From positions 2,161 to 66,160 of the forward strand of contig JANOYV010000090.1 in assembly GCA_031429105.1 (NCBI GenBank): a stretch of 64,000 nt of DNA, read 5' to 3'. The position numbers and the translations under genes were made by a program. Under the pieces are notes generated by a model, which was given only the letters and a program-made list of their open reading frames with translations, made no database searches and was not told the DNA's origin. Positions 40,596 through 49,212 of this stretch are shown in pieces (the stretch's first letter is position 1; each line of letters begins with the position of its first letter). This DNA comes from Hyphomicrobiaceae bacterium. Lineage in GTDB: Bacteria > Pseudomonadota > Alphaproteobacteria > Rhizobiales > Hyphomicrobiaceae.

Positions 40596-41407
40596 GGCTT
40601 CGGCAATGTTTGTTTCATGATATCGCCCTGAAGCGATTTCGAGGTGAACAACTCTTCAACTGCCGCTAACCCAGGAAACGTCTCCAACGTCCATTGTGCT
40701 AGCGCAGTCAGACTGAACCAAGGGAAGATGTTTAAGATCGCAATGCCGGTCAGCACCAGGATTACCCCCATAACCTTCTCGACCAGTCCTAGGTGCCGTT
40801 TGAAGCGTTGCATGAACGACAGAAAGGGACGGATCGCAATCGCGGCCAGAACAAATGGAATGCCAAGTCCCAGCGAGTACGCACCTAGCAATCGCGCACC
40901 CGCTCCCGCACTTCCCTCATTGGAGGCCACAGCCAGCACGGTTGCCAAAACCGGGCCGACACACGGCGTCCAGCCAAACGCAAAAGCGAGGCCGATAATG
41001 TATGCGCCGATCAGGCTTACACCTTGGACGTCGGTGTGGTACCGCGCTTCTTGATACAGGAACGGAATGCGTAAGACCCCGAGAAAATGTAGACCAAAGA
41101 CAATAATGACTAGTCCGGCTGCAATCGATAGTTGGCTCTTGTAAGTTCCAATCAGACCGCCGAACAGCGATGCACTGGCGCCTAGCCCCACAAACACAGT
41201 AGAAAACCCGGCGACAAAAAAGAGCGAGCCGATGACGATCCGCCGCCATACCCTCGGATCTAATCCTTCGGCTACCGTGCCCTGACTGATCGTCGTGCCA
41301 CCAAGGTAGCCTAGATACGGTGGCACCAGGGGCAACACACACGGGGATAAAAAGCTCGCAAGGCCTGCCAGCACCACGCCCAGATAAATGTTGAGGTCGG
41401 CGAACAT
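40592..41407 (-). CDS. ccdA: cytochrome c biogenesis thiol-disulfide transporter CcdA (DsbD core family)
   Basis: 271 aa, polytopic, with ..SPCVLPLVPPYLGYL.. and a second ..TPCVGPVL.. Cys motif. Confidence 0.85.
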   Translation of the reverse strand: MFADLNIYLGVVLAGLASFLSPCVLPLVPPYLGYLGGTTISQGTVAEGLDPRVWRRIVIGSLFFVAGFSTVFVGLGASASLFGGLIGTYKSQLSIAAGLVIIVFGLHFLGVLRIPFLYQEARYHTDVQGVSLIGAYIIGLAFAFGWTPCVGPVLATVLAVASNEGSAGAGARLLGAYSLGLGIPFVLAAIAIRPFLSFMQRFKRHLGLVEKVMGVILVLTGIAILNIFPWFSLTALAQWTLETFPGLAAVEELFTSKSLQGDIMKQTLPKP

Positions 41408-41506
41408 AAGCGCCAGTCCCTAGCTGTGGTCGAATGCACGATTGCCGGTCAACGGCGGAGATAGAGTAGTCTCAGCCCACCGGCAATTCACCTTGCCGTC
41501 AGGTCG

Positions 41507-42181
41507 TCAACGCCGGATCGCAGACAATGCCGCTGTAATCTCGCTTAAATGCGACACGACTGCATCTGCCCCAAGTTCCCGCACTGGCGTATGCGTGTAT
41601 CCGAAATCCACTAAAATAACAGGTACGCCAGCCGCGCGGGCTACGCCATAGTCCGCAGGACTATCGCCGATCATCACCGTTTGTTGTGGCGAGACGCCCA
41701 ATTCAAGCATGTTGTGCCGCAACATGGCCGCATCGGGCTTTTTCGCTAACCGCTCGGACGCGCCCACCACCGACTTGAAATGTTGATCAATCGCCAAGGC
41801 CTTGAGGGCCACTACCGCGACATCCTCAGCCTTGTTGGTACAGATCCCGCAGGCGACGCCGCGTTCGTTCAATGCGCCCAGCAGATCGTGTGCGCCTGGA
41901 AACAAGCCACGCCCTTGCGCCGATACATCAATGTAAGCGGTCATGAACCGCCCCAAGATCTCGCGACGGGTCTTAGCGTCAGCCTCAAGGCTCACCGCTG
42001 CCAGTGCTCTATCGATCGCGGCCATCGCGCCCCCGCCGATCAGCTTGATGACAGCCGCGGTATCGAACGGTTTGGCGCCTAAGGGCTCCATGGCGGTATT
42101 CAGCGCGATTGCGATGTCGGGCGCGCTGTCGACCAGCGTGCCGTCCAGATCGAAGATGACGGCGCGGGGCCATGTGCTCAT
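41507..42181 (-). CDS. gph: HAD-family phosphoglycolate phosphatase
   Basis: ..AVIFDLDGTLVDSAPDI.. (DxDGT motif), ..ICTNK.., ..MIGDSPADY... Confidence 0.8.
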   Translation of the reverse strand: MSTWPRAVIFDLDGTLVDSAPDIAIALNTAMEPLGAKPFDTAAVIKLIGGGAMAAIDRALAAVSLEADAKTRREILGRFMTAYIDVSAQGRGLFPGAHDLLGALNERGVACGICTNKAEDVAVVALKALAIDQHFKSVVGASERLAKKPDAAMLRHNMLELGVSPQQTVMIGDSPADYGVARAAGVPVILVDFGYTHTPVRELGADAVVSHLSEITAALSAIRR

Positions 42182-42187
42182 GAAGGA

Positions 42188-43387
42188 CTAACCTCGGGTG
42201 AGAGCTACGATGCCTGGCAGTTCACGTCCCTCGAGCCACTCGAGGAAGGCGCCGCCAGCGGTCGAAACGTATGTGAAATCTTCGGTGACGCCCGCCATGT
42301 TGAGGGCAGCCACCGTATCGCCGCCACCTGCCACTGAAACCAAGGTTCCGGCCTTGGTCATCGCCGCAGCAGTCTTGGCAAGCGCGAAAGTACCAACGCC
42401 AAACGGTTCGATCTCGAATGCGCCGAGCGGCCCGTTCCATAGCAACGTATGACATCCAGCCAGCACGTTGGTCAGGTAGGCGACCGACTTCGGCCCGATG
42501 TCGAGGATCATTGCATCAGCTGGACAAGCCGAAACATCAACAACGGCTGACGCCGCACCAGCCTTGAATTCGCGGGCGACGACAGCATCAACTGGCAGCA
42601 CGATCTCAGCACCGCGCGCCTTGGCGGCCGCGACAATATCGAGCGCCGCCTTGGCGAAGTCTGGTTCGCACAGCGATTTTCCGACAGCGAACCCCTGGGC
42701 GTGCAAAAACGTATTCGCCATGCCGCCGCCGATGATCAGCTTGTCAACTTTGGCGAGCAGGTTCTTAAGCACTGGGATCTTGGTCGAGACCTTCGCGCCA
42801 CCAACGACCGCCGCCGTTGGCCGCTTTGGTTTATCGAGTGCCGCCCTCAACGCGTTGATCTCTTCCATCAGCAGCGGACCCGCATATGACGGCAGATGAT
42901 GCGTGATGCCCTCGGTCGAGGCGTGCGCACGGTGCGCACATGAAAACGCATTGCCTACGTATAGATCGCCCAACGCTGCCAACTCTTTGGCAAACGCTTG
43001 ATCGTTGGCTTCCTCACCCTTGTGAAACCGTAGGTTTTCGAGGACGGCAATGCCGCCAGGTTGCAGCGCGTAGACGACCTTCACAGCCGCTTCACCGATA
43101 CAATCGCTTGCGAAGGCAACGGGCTGGCCTATTAAACGCCCAAGCTCGGCAGCTATCGGCGCTAGCGACAAAGTTGGATCAACGCCCTTGGGACGGCCGA
43201 AATGCGAGAGCACGATCACTTTGGCGCCGCGACCTGCCAAGTTTTTCAATCCAGCAACAAGCCGCTCCAACCGGGTAGCATCCGTCACCCGACCACCATT
43301 GACCGGCACGTTGAGATCGCAACGGACCAGCACGCGCTTGCCGCGCACATCGACACCGATCGTGGTCTTGAGCTTGTCGAGGTTCAT
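42188..43387 (-). CDS. pgk: phosphoglycerate kinase
   Basis: MNLDKLKT..VRGKRVLVRCDLNVP.., ..VLSHFGRPKG.., ..GGGDT... The ATG at 43387 removes a 39-codon extension that would overlap the upstream gene. Confidence 0.95.
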   Translation of the reverse strand: MNLDKLKTTIGVDVRGKRVLVRCDLNVPVNGGRVTDATRLERLVAGLKNLAGRGAKVIVLSHFGRPKGVDPTLSLAPIAAELGRLIGQPVAFASDCIGEAAVKVVYALQPGGIAVLENLRFHKGEEANDQAFAKELAALGDLYVGNAFSCAHRAHASTEGITHHLPSYAGPLLMEEINALRAALDKPKRPTAAVVGGAKVSTKIPVLKNLLAKVDKLIIGGGMANTFLHAQGFAVGKSLCEPDFAKAALDIVAAAKARGAEIVLPVDAVVAREFKAGAASAVVDVSACPADAMILDIGPKSVAYLTNVLAGCHTLLWNGPLGAFEIEPFGVGTFALAKTAAAMTKAGTLVSVAGGGDTVAALNMAGVTEDFTYVSTAGGAFLEWLEGRELPGIVALTRG

Positions 43388-43484
43388 GCGCTGCGTCCGT
43401 ATTGAACTGTGGGCGTTTGCCCGAAGTGTTAGGCGGGGGATAGCCCGACGTCCCATTGGACGCAAGCGCACGCCTGCCGCAGGC

Positions 43485-44723
43485 CTACCGGTTGGCCCGT
43501 GCAATCACGGCACGCAACAGCACATTGGCACCCGGCATCGTGTCGTCCAGCGTCGTGTCTTCGGCCTCGTTGTGGCTAATGCCATTCTTGCACGGCGTGA
43601 AGATCATAGCCGATGGGCAGACGGTTGCCATGTGGTAGCTGTCGTGACCAGCTTGCGACCTGATATCCATCGTTGGGTGACCAAGTTCGGCTGCGGACTC
43701 GCGGATCAAGCCGATTAATGCTGCATCGAACGCCATCACGCCAAAGCCCCAGCGCTCGGCAATCTCGACGCTGCACTGACCGCGCCGCGCGCAATCAGGT
43801 AATGCCGTATCAATATCGGCGACCATCTTTTCGAGTTCAGATGGATTGGGATGGCGCAGATCGCAGAATAGTGTCGCGCGCTCCGAGAGGATGCCCGGCA
43901 GGTTTGGCCACAGATCGAGCCGGGCAGCCGTCGTTTTACCCTCGGCGTGCGCGTAACGCCAGCCGATGTCGTCGATCGCGACTGCCACGTGGGCGGCAGC
44001 AACCAGCGCATTGCGCCTCAGGGCCATGTCGGTTGGCCCGACGTGGGCCGTTTCACCGGTGATCTCGATGCGCATGCCGCGCGTCGGGAAACCGCCGGTG
44101 ACGATGCCGACTTTTATGCCCGCCGCATCCAACTTCGGGCCTTGTTCGATGTGCAGTTCGAAGTAGCTATCGGGCTTACGGTCGCCAACCGGTGCTGCAC
44201 CAGCATAGCCGATCCGTTTCAGTTCGTCGCCGAACCGGTGGCCGTCCTTGTCCATGCGGTCGTTCGCCCAATCAACGGTTGCTTGGCCCGAAAATGCAAG
44301 CGAGCTCATCATCGGCGGATAAAATCTCGCCCCCTCCTCGTTGGTCCAGTTGACGACCTCGATTGCGCGCTTGGTCTTGAGGCCGAGATCATCCAGCGTG
44401 CGCAATACTTCGAGACCACCGAGCACACCGAGGATGCCGTCAAACCGGCCGCCAGAGGCTTGGGTATCCAAATGGCTACCAATGAAGACTGGTGGCAACG
44501 AGGCATCTGTGCCTTCGCGGCGGACGAACATATTGCCCAGCTGATCGACCGTCACGCCGTAACCGGCATCGCGCGCCCAAGATGCAAACAGATCGCGCAT
44601 CGCCTTGTCTTCGTCTGTGAGCGTCAGCCGACGCAAACCGCCCCTTGGGCCGGTGCCGATCTTCGCAGACGCTGCTATCGTCGACCATAACCGGTCACCA
44701 TTGATCGAAAGGTTTGTGCGCAT
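43485..44723 (-). CDS. M20-family Zn-dependent amidohydrolase (N-carbamoyl-L-amino-acid hydrolase / allantoate amidohydrolase type)
   Basis: 412 aa with ..INGDRLW..GGLRRLTLTDED.., ..GSHLDTQASGGRFDGILGV.., ..WTNEEGARF.., ..HIEQGP... Confidence 0.85.
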   Translation of the reverse strand: MRTNLSINGDRLWSTIAASAKIGTGPRGGLRRLTLTDEDKAMRDLFASWARDAGYGVTVDQLGNMFVRREGTDASLPPVFIGSHLDTQASGGRFDGILGVLGGLEVLRTLDDLGLKTKRAIEVVNWTNEEGARFYPPMMSSLAFSGQATVDWANDRMDKDGHRFGDELKRIGYAGAAPVGDRKPDSYFELHIEQGPKLDAAGIKVGIVTGGFPTRGMRIEITGETAHVGPTDMALRRNALVAAAHVAVAIDDIGWRYAHAEGKTTAARLDLWPNLPGILSERATLFCDLRHPNPSELEKMVADIDTALPDCARRGQCSVEIAERWGFGVMAFDAALIGLIRESAAELGHPTMDIRSQAGHDSYHMATVCPSAMIFTPCKNGISHNEAEDTTLDDTMPGANVLLRAVIARANR

Positions 44724-44849
44724 TTACCTGGCCCTATTTACCTGATTTGGATTGGCCAAAGTCTAAGGCCTTTCCGGCGTGTGTCGCCTGAAAATTATGG
44801 GGCGGTCGGTCGCAGGGTCCGTTGTTGTGGTTCGTCACGTAGACCGCAC

Positions 44850-44981
44850 ATGCAAAACTCATCCCTCCTCGTTGCCCTTGCCGCCTTCGCCATGCTGATC
44901 GGCGTACCACTCACCCTCTGGGGCCTCGTTGCCCTCACAAATCGCAAATACGTTGCCAAGCGGAAGCGTCCGAAATCGTGA
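44850..44981 (+). CDS. candidate 43-aa single-TM small protein (weak)
   Basis: MQNSSLLVALAAFAMLIGVPLTLWGLVALTNRKYVAKRKRPKS has a hydrophobic helix plus a basic tail. There is no convincing SD. The ORF-track version starts at 44781. Confidence 0.25.
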   Translation: MQNSSLLVALAAFAMLIGVPLTLWGLVALTNRKYVAKRKRPKS

Positions 44982-45128
44982 TGCTGCCCCTGCTGTCGGT
45001 CAAGAAATGTGTTTGGGGCAGCCGTTAGCCCGACTCGGGGAGCCACCGGTAATCCTTGAATTGTGCCGCTTGCCGTAGCACACCCTCATATAAACTTCGG
45101 ACATCTGGGTGGGGCGGGCGCCATAGTG

Positions 45129-45716
45129 ATGGAAAAGGATCGGCTACTGGCATTCAGCGATGGCGTCATCGCCATTATCATCACGATCATGGTGCTTGAG
45201 TTAAAAGTTCCGAGCGGGGCTGCCTGGGCGGATCTACTCAAACTCCTGCCCGTCTTTTTCAGCTACGTGCTGAGCTTCATTTACGTTGCGATCTATTGGA
45301 ACAATCATCATCATATGATGCACACCGTGACCAAGGTCACGGGTGGTGTTTTATGGGCCAATACGCACTTGCTATTTTGGCTATCATTGATCCCGTTCGC
45401 AACCGGCTGGATGGGTGAGAACAATTTCGCCTCGTTGCCAGTTGCGGTCTACGGCGTTGCACTGCTGATGCCCGCGATCGCTTATGTAATCTTACAAACA
45501 ACGATCATCAGGACCGAAGGGCCGACATCGCTTTTGGCAGCACTACTGGGTAACGACCATAAAGAAAGGTTGTCGCCCGTCCTTTATCTGTCGGGAATTG
45601 CGTTAGCCTTTTACGTGCCGTGGTTATCCTTCGTGCTGTATTGCATCGTTGCCTTGATGTGGCTCATCCCGGAGCCGCGCATCGAGAGGCATTTGGATCA
45701 GCGTAGCTCGGAATAG
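45129..45716 (+). CDS. TMEM175-family (DUF1211) potassium channel homologue
   Basis: MEKDRLLAFSDGVIAIIITIMVLEL.. carries the RxxxFSD signature in helix 1 and has six TM helices. The ATG at 45129 is preferred over 45063. Confidence 0.8.
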   Translation: MEKDRLLAFSDGVIAIIITIMVLELKVPSGAAWADLLKLLPVFFSYVLSFIYVAIYWNNHHHMMHTVTKVTGGVLWANTHLLFWLSLIPFATGWMGENNFASLPVAVYGVALLMPAIAYVILQTTIIRTEGPTSLLAALLGNDHKERLSPVLYLSGIALAFYVPWLSFVLYCIVALMWLIPEPRIERHLDQRSSE

Positions 45717-45746
45717 CGGCGGAACCCTATCATTTCACTATCAGTC

Positions 45747-46682
45747 TCACCGCCGCGGCGCGCTCGTCTTGGCGCCGGTTCCACTCAGCGCATAATTCAG
45801 CATTTTGTAGGCAAGCGCCGCCGCAGTGTAATCGTAGGCATGGAAACCTTCGATCGGGGCCAACTCCACGAGGTCCATGCCGACGACGTTGCCGACTTCG
45901 CAGGCCCGTCGCAGGATCGCAAGCGCGTGCAGGTACTGCAGCCCACCCGGTGTCGGCGTACCGGTGGCGGGCATGATCGCCCCGTCCAGCCCATCAATGT
46001 CGAAGGTGATGTAGATCGGTTTGCCGCGCAGCGGCTTGACGATCTCTTCGATGTCCCAGCCCGCCTGATCCTTGCCCCAGTGCATGTGGATGCGATGGCG
46101 GTTCTTCTCCAGAAACGCCACTTCGCCCGACGAGATTGCACGGATGCCGACCTGCACCATTGATATATGGTTGAAATCCAGCACACGGCGCATGGCAGCC
46201 GCGTGCGAATAGTGCTCGCCCAGGTAGCCATCACGTAAGTCCGCGTGGGCATCGAATTGCAGCACAACGAGATCCGGGTAGCGCTTTGCAAACGGGCGGA
46301 TCGCGCCCGCGGTGAGAGAATGTTCGCCGCCAATCACAAACGGGACCTTGCCCGCCTCAAGCACCGCCTCGACGATGGTCTCAAGTTGATCTAGCGCTGC
46401 CGCAACAGGCGTTGCAATTTTCGGCTCGGCAATCGCAGCGATCCCGTAGTCAGCATAGGGCTCGCGCCACAGCTCCTCGTCGAACAATTCGAGCTGCTGG
46501 CTTGCAGTCATAATAGCTGCAGGCCCGCGCGCTGTGCCGGACCCATAGCTGACCGAGGCCTCGAGCCCGAATGGAATAACGACCGCCTTGGCCTCGTGGG
46601 GGCGGTCCGCATCCAACCGCAATGGGTCCAGAAACGATAGTTCGCCCGGCAGATATTTCAGTTCGAATGTCTTCGGGGCCAT
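45747..46682 (-). CDS. speB: agmatinase (arginase/ureohydrolase family)
   Basis: ..IGGEHS.., ..VLQFDAHADL.., ..ITFDIDGLD.., ..VGMDLVE.. form the Mn-ligand motif set. Confidence 0.88.
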   Translation of the reverse strand: MAPKTFELKYLPGELSFLDPLRLDADRPHEAKAVVIPFGLEASVSYGSGTARGPAAIMTASQQLELFDEELWREPYADYGIAAIAEPKIATPVAAALDQLETIVEAVLEAGKVPFVIGGEHSLTAGAIRPFAKRYPDLVVLQFDAHADLRDGYLGEHYSHAAAMRRVLDFNHISMVQVGIRAISSGEVAFLEKNRHRIHMHWGKDQAGWDIEEIVKPLRGKPIYITFDIDGLDGAIMPATGTPTPGGLQYLHALAILRRACEVGNVVGMDLVELAPIEGFHAYDYTAAALAYKMLNYALSGTGAKTSAPRR

Positions 46683-46686
46683 CGAC

Positions 46687-47874
46687 TTATCCGTTCCGTG
46701 ACGCTTTCACTAACGCGCCGCTGAACACGGATTCAAACGGATCATCGAGCAATATCACTTCATCATACCGGCCATAGCCGTTGAACTGACCGGCAATTGC
46801 GCGTCCGTAGGCGCCCATGTTACCGATTTCGATGTAGTCGCCTTCACGGATACCTGACGGCAAGAGGAATGGCCCCTTCATGTAATCGATCGAGTCGCAG
46901 GTTGGCCCCCAGAATGCAAAGGGCTGCAGCGGGCCGGTGTCCTCGTTTGTCCGACTGACGAGGCGGGTCGGGAACACGAACCCTAAGTGTGCTGCGTCAA
47001 ACAGTGCGCCGTAGCTGCCATCGTTGATGTAGAGATCACCACCCCGGCGCGCATCAACGCGCACGATTAAGCTTTCAGCTTCCGCTACGAGCGCGCGCCC
47101 CGGCTCGCAGATCAGACGGCAGGCTTCCGTCACCGGCATCGTATCCATGCCAGCCTTGATCGCGTCCATGAACTTTATCATCGGTGCCGGATGACTATCG
47201 GAATAAACTGATGGGAAGCCACCACCGACATCGATGCCGTCGATCACGACACCGGCCTTGACGATGAGCTTGTGCACTTCGTCCATCGCCGTGATGTAGG
47301 CGTCAGGCGTTGTCGTTTGCGAGCCGACGTGGAATGCGATGCCAAGTTCATCAGCTACAAGGCGGGTACTGACCAATAACTTGGCGGCCGGCGACCCGGC
47401 GATACCGAACTTGCGTTCTAGAGGGATGCGGCTGTTCTTGGCTGGAACCGCAACGCGCACGAATAGTTGCAGATCTTTGGCCTGCTTGCCGTCAGTCGCC
47501 GTTTCTTCGACGATCTTGGCAAGCTCGTCTTCACTGTCCAGGGCAAAGCAGCGCACGCCAAACTCGTGGTAGGCGCGCCGGATTGCATTGCGCGACTTCA
47601 CCGGATGCATGAAGTGGAGTTCGACGTCTGGAATAGTCGCTGCGTCCTCCAACTCCGGGATCGAGGCGACATCGAACTGCTTGATGCCCGCACCGAACAA
47701 AGCACCGAGCAGAAACACCGAGCTGTTCGCCTTGTAGGCGTAGGCAACCTCGCCCGGGAAATGCTTCAGATACCAGCGCGCCGCGCGCGCTGCCGCATGC
47801 GGTCTAACACCGAACACCGGACGATCCGGTTGGTGCTTCTCAAGGTAGGCCATTGCTGACGCGTATTTATCCAT
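46687..47874 (-). CDS. type III PLP (alanine racemase fold) basic amino acid decarboxylase, ornithine/lysine/arginine type
   Basis: ..YAYKANS.. (PLP Lys), ..HVGSQ.., ..DVGGGFP.., ..EPGR.., ..GPTCDS.D... The ATG at 47874 has GGAGG 9 nt upstream. The gene ends 4 nt before speB. Confidence 0.85.
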   Translation of the reverse strand: MDKYASAMAYLEKHQPDRPVFGVRPHAAARAARWYLKHFPGEVAYAYKANSSVFLLGALFGAGIKQFDVASIPELEDAATIPDVELHFMHPVKSRNAIRRAYHEFGVRCFALDSEDELAKIVEETATDGKQAKDLQLFVRVAVPAKNSRIPLERKFGIAGSPAAKLLVSTRLVADELGIAFHVGSQTTTPDAYITAMDEVHKLIVKAGVVIDGIDVGGGFPSVYSDSHPAPMIKFMDAIKAGMDTMPVTEACRLICEPGRALVAEAESLIVRVDARRGGDLYINDGSYGALFDAAHLGFVFPTRLVSRTNEDTGPLQPFAFWGPTCDSIDYMKGPFLLPSGIREGDYIEIGNMGAYGRAIAGQFNGYGRYDEVILLDDPFESVFSGALVKASRNG

Positions 47875-48108
47875 TGCATGAAACCTCCGCCGGTCAAGGG
47901 GTGCCCGGGTGCATAACCGGGAGCGTTGAAGAGTGGGGGCCGCGCAACGGAAACACATCTGCCGTAGTGCTTGGCTGGCGCGTCACATAGGGCTGGATGC
48001 GGGCGCTGTAAAGGGCGCAACCATTGCTTAGTTTACTGCGCGCTTGCTGTAGACCCGCAAATCGCACTATTTGCGGGTCAGCGATCCCCTTCGTTTGGAG
48101 TAAAGCCC

Positions 48109-49194
48109 TTGCGCGACTATTTGACCTTGCACGCGAGCCAGAGCCTGGCCCTTGGTGGGTTTGTGATCGGGCTGTTGCTTGGTGCCTTGGTGTTTCGCAC
48201 CAATTTTTGCGCCATGGGCTCGATTTCAGATGCCGTCTCGTTCGGTGACTACCGACGCTTGCGGGCGTGGCTCCTGTCAGGTGCCGTCGCCATAATCGGT
48301 GCACAGTGGTTGCAGCATGCGGGCGTAGTTGATCTGTCCAAGTCGATGTATCTCAGTCCGACGTTGAATTGGCTGGGCCACCTGTTTGGCGGTCTCCTAT
48401 TCGGCTTCGGCATGGTCTTTGGCGGCGGCTGCGGCACCCGCAACTTGGCCAGGGTCGGCGGCGGCGATGTCCGTTCGCTTATTACACTCGTGGTGCTGGG
48501 GATTTCTGCCTACATGACCATGACCGGAATACTGGGCCCCCTGAGAGTTGCCATGGAGCAAGCAACCGCACTCCCTCTGGGCGTTGCTAGTCAAAGTTTG
48601 GCCGACATTGGTGGCCGCCTTTTCAACGCGAAGTCCGGTGCCGCAATCCCGATCACCACCGCCGCCGTTGTCGGGATCATAATCGCCGCTTGTTTCACGG
48701 ATGCGAAATTCCGAGCCTCGCCCGTGCACATTCTATCTGGCATCGGAGTGGGCCTTTGCATCGTGGCTGGCTGGGCCTTGACCGGGCTCACCTTTGACGA
48801 ATTATCGGACAAGCCCGTTGCCCCCGTGTCGTTGACCTTCGTGCGCCCGACCGGCGACACCTTGGAATGGCTGCAGCGCTCGACGGCATTAGGATTGCCC
48901 GGCTTTGGCGTTACCTCAGTGTTCGGCACGATCCTGGGTGCGTTCGCAATGGCGATGGCATCCGGGCAGTTTCGCGTCACCACGTTTTCAGATCGAGGCG
49001 ATACCTTGCGGCATCTCGGAGGTGCCGTCTTAATGGGCGTGGGCGGCATCATGGCACTTGGCTGTACGATCGGTCAGGGCATCACTGGAATGTCGACGCT
49101 TGCGTTAGGCGCATTTCTGACATTCGCCGGTTTGATTGCCGGTGGCATACTCGGCATTCGCGCTCTCGAAGCACTGTTAATACGCGACACCTAG
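48109..49194 (+). CDS. YeeE/YedE-family sulfur-compound (thiosulfate-type) transporter
   Basis: Two repeats, each with a conserved Cys context (..FRTNFCAMGSISD.., ..GGGCGTR.., ..ALGCTIGQG..). The TTG at 48109 follows GGAG. The ORF-track start at 47971 adds a non-hydrophobic, Cys/Arg-rich extension. Confidence 0.8.
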   Translation: MRDYLTLHASQSLALGGFVIGLLLGALVFRTNFCAMGSISDAVSFGDYRRLRAWLLSGAVAIIGAQWLQHAGVVDLSKSMYLSPTLNWLGHLFGGLLFGFGMVFGGGCGTRNLARVGGGDVRSLITLVVLGISAYMTMTGILGPLRVAMEQATALPLGVASQSLADIGGRLFNAKSGAAIPITTAAVVGIIIAACFTDAKFRASPVHILSGIGVGLCIVAGWALTGLTFDELSDKPVAPVSLTFVRPTGDTLEWLQRSTALGLPGFGVTSVFGTILGAFAMAMASGQFRVTTFSDRGDTLRHLGGAVLMGVGGIMALGCTIGQGITGMSTLALGAFLTFAGLIAGGILGIRALEALLIRDT

Positions 49195-49212
49195 CGCACT
49201 GTGGCACAGCGA

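Noticed and set aside
41408-41506. Possible TPP riboswitch upstream of the ccdA-thiD operon. The minus strand contains CTGAGA, and a 9-bp inverted repeat ATTGCCGGT/ACCGGCAAT lies at 41441-41487.
   Set aside because: Only the CUGAGA-like hexamer is present. I could not find the ACCUGAUCUGGAUAAUGCCAGCG-type pyrimidine-sensor helix or the overall THI-box architecture. thiD is also the second gene, behind ccdA. It is more likely a simple hairpin after gph.
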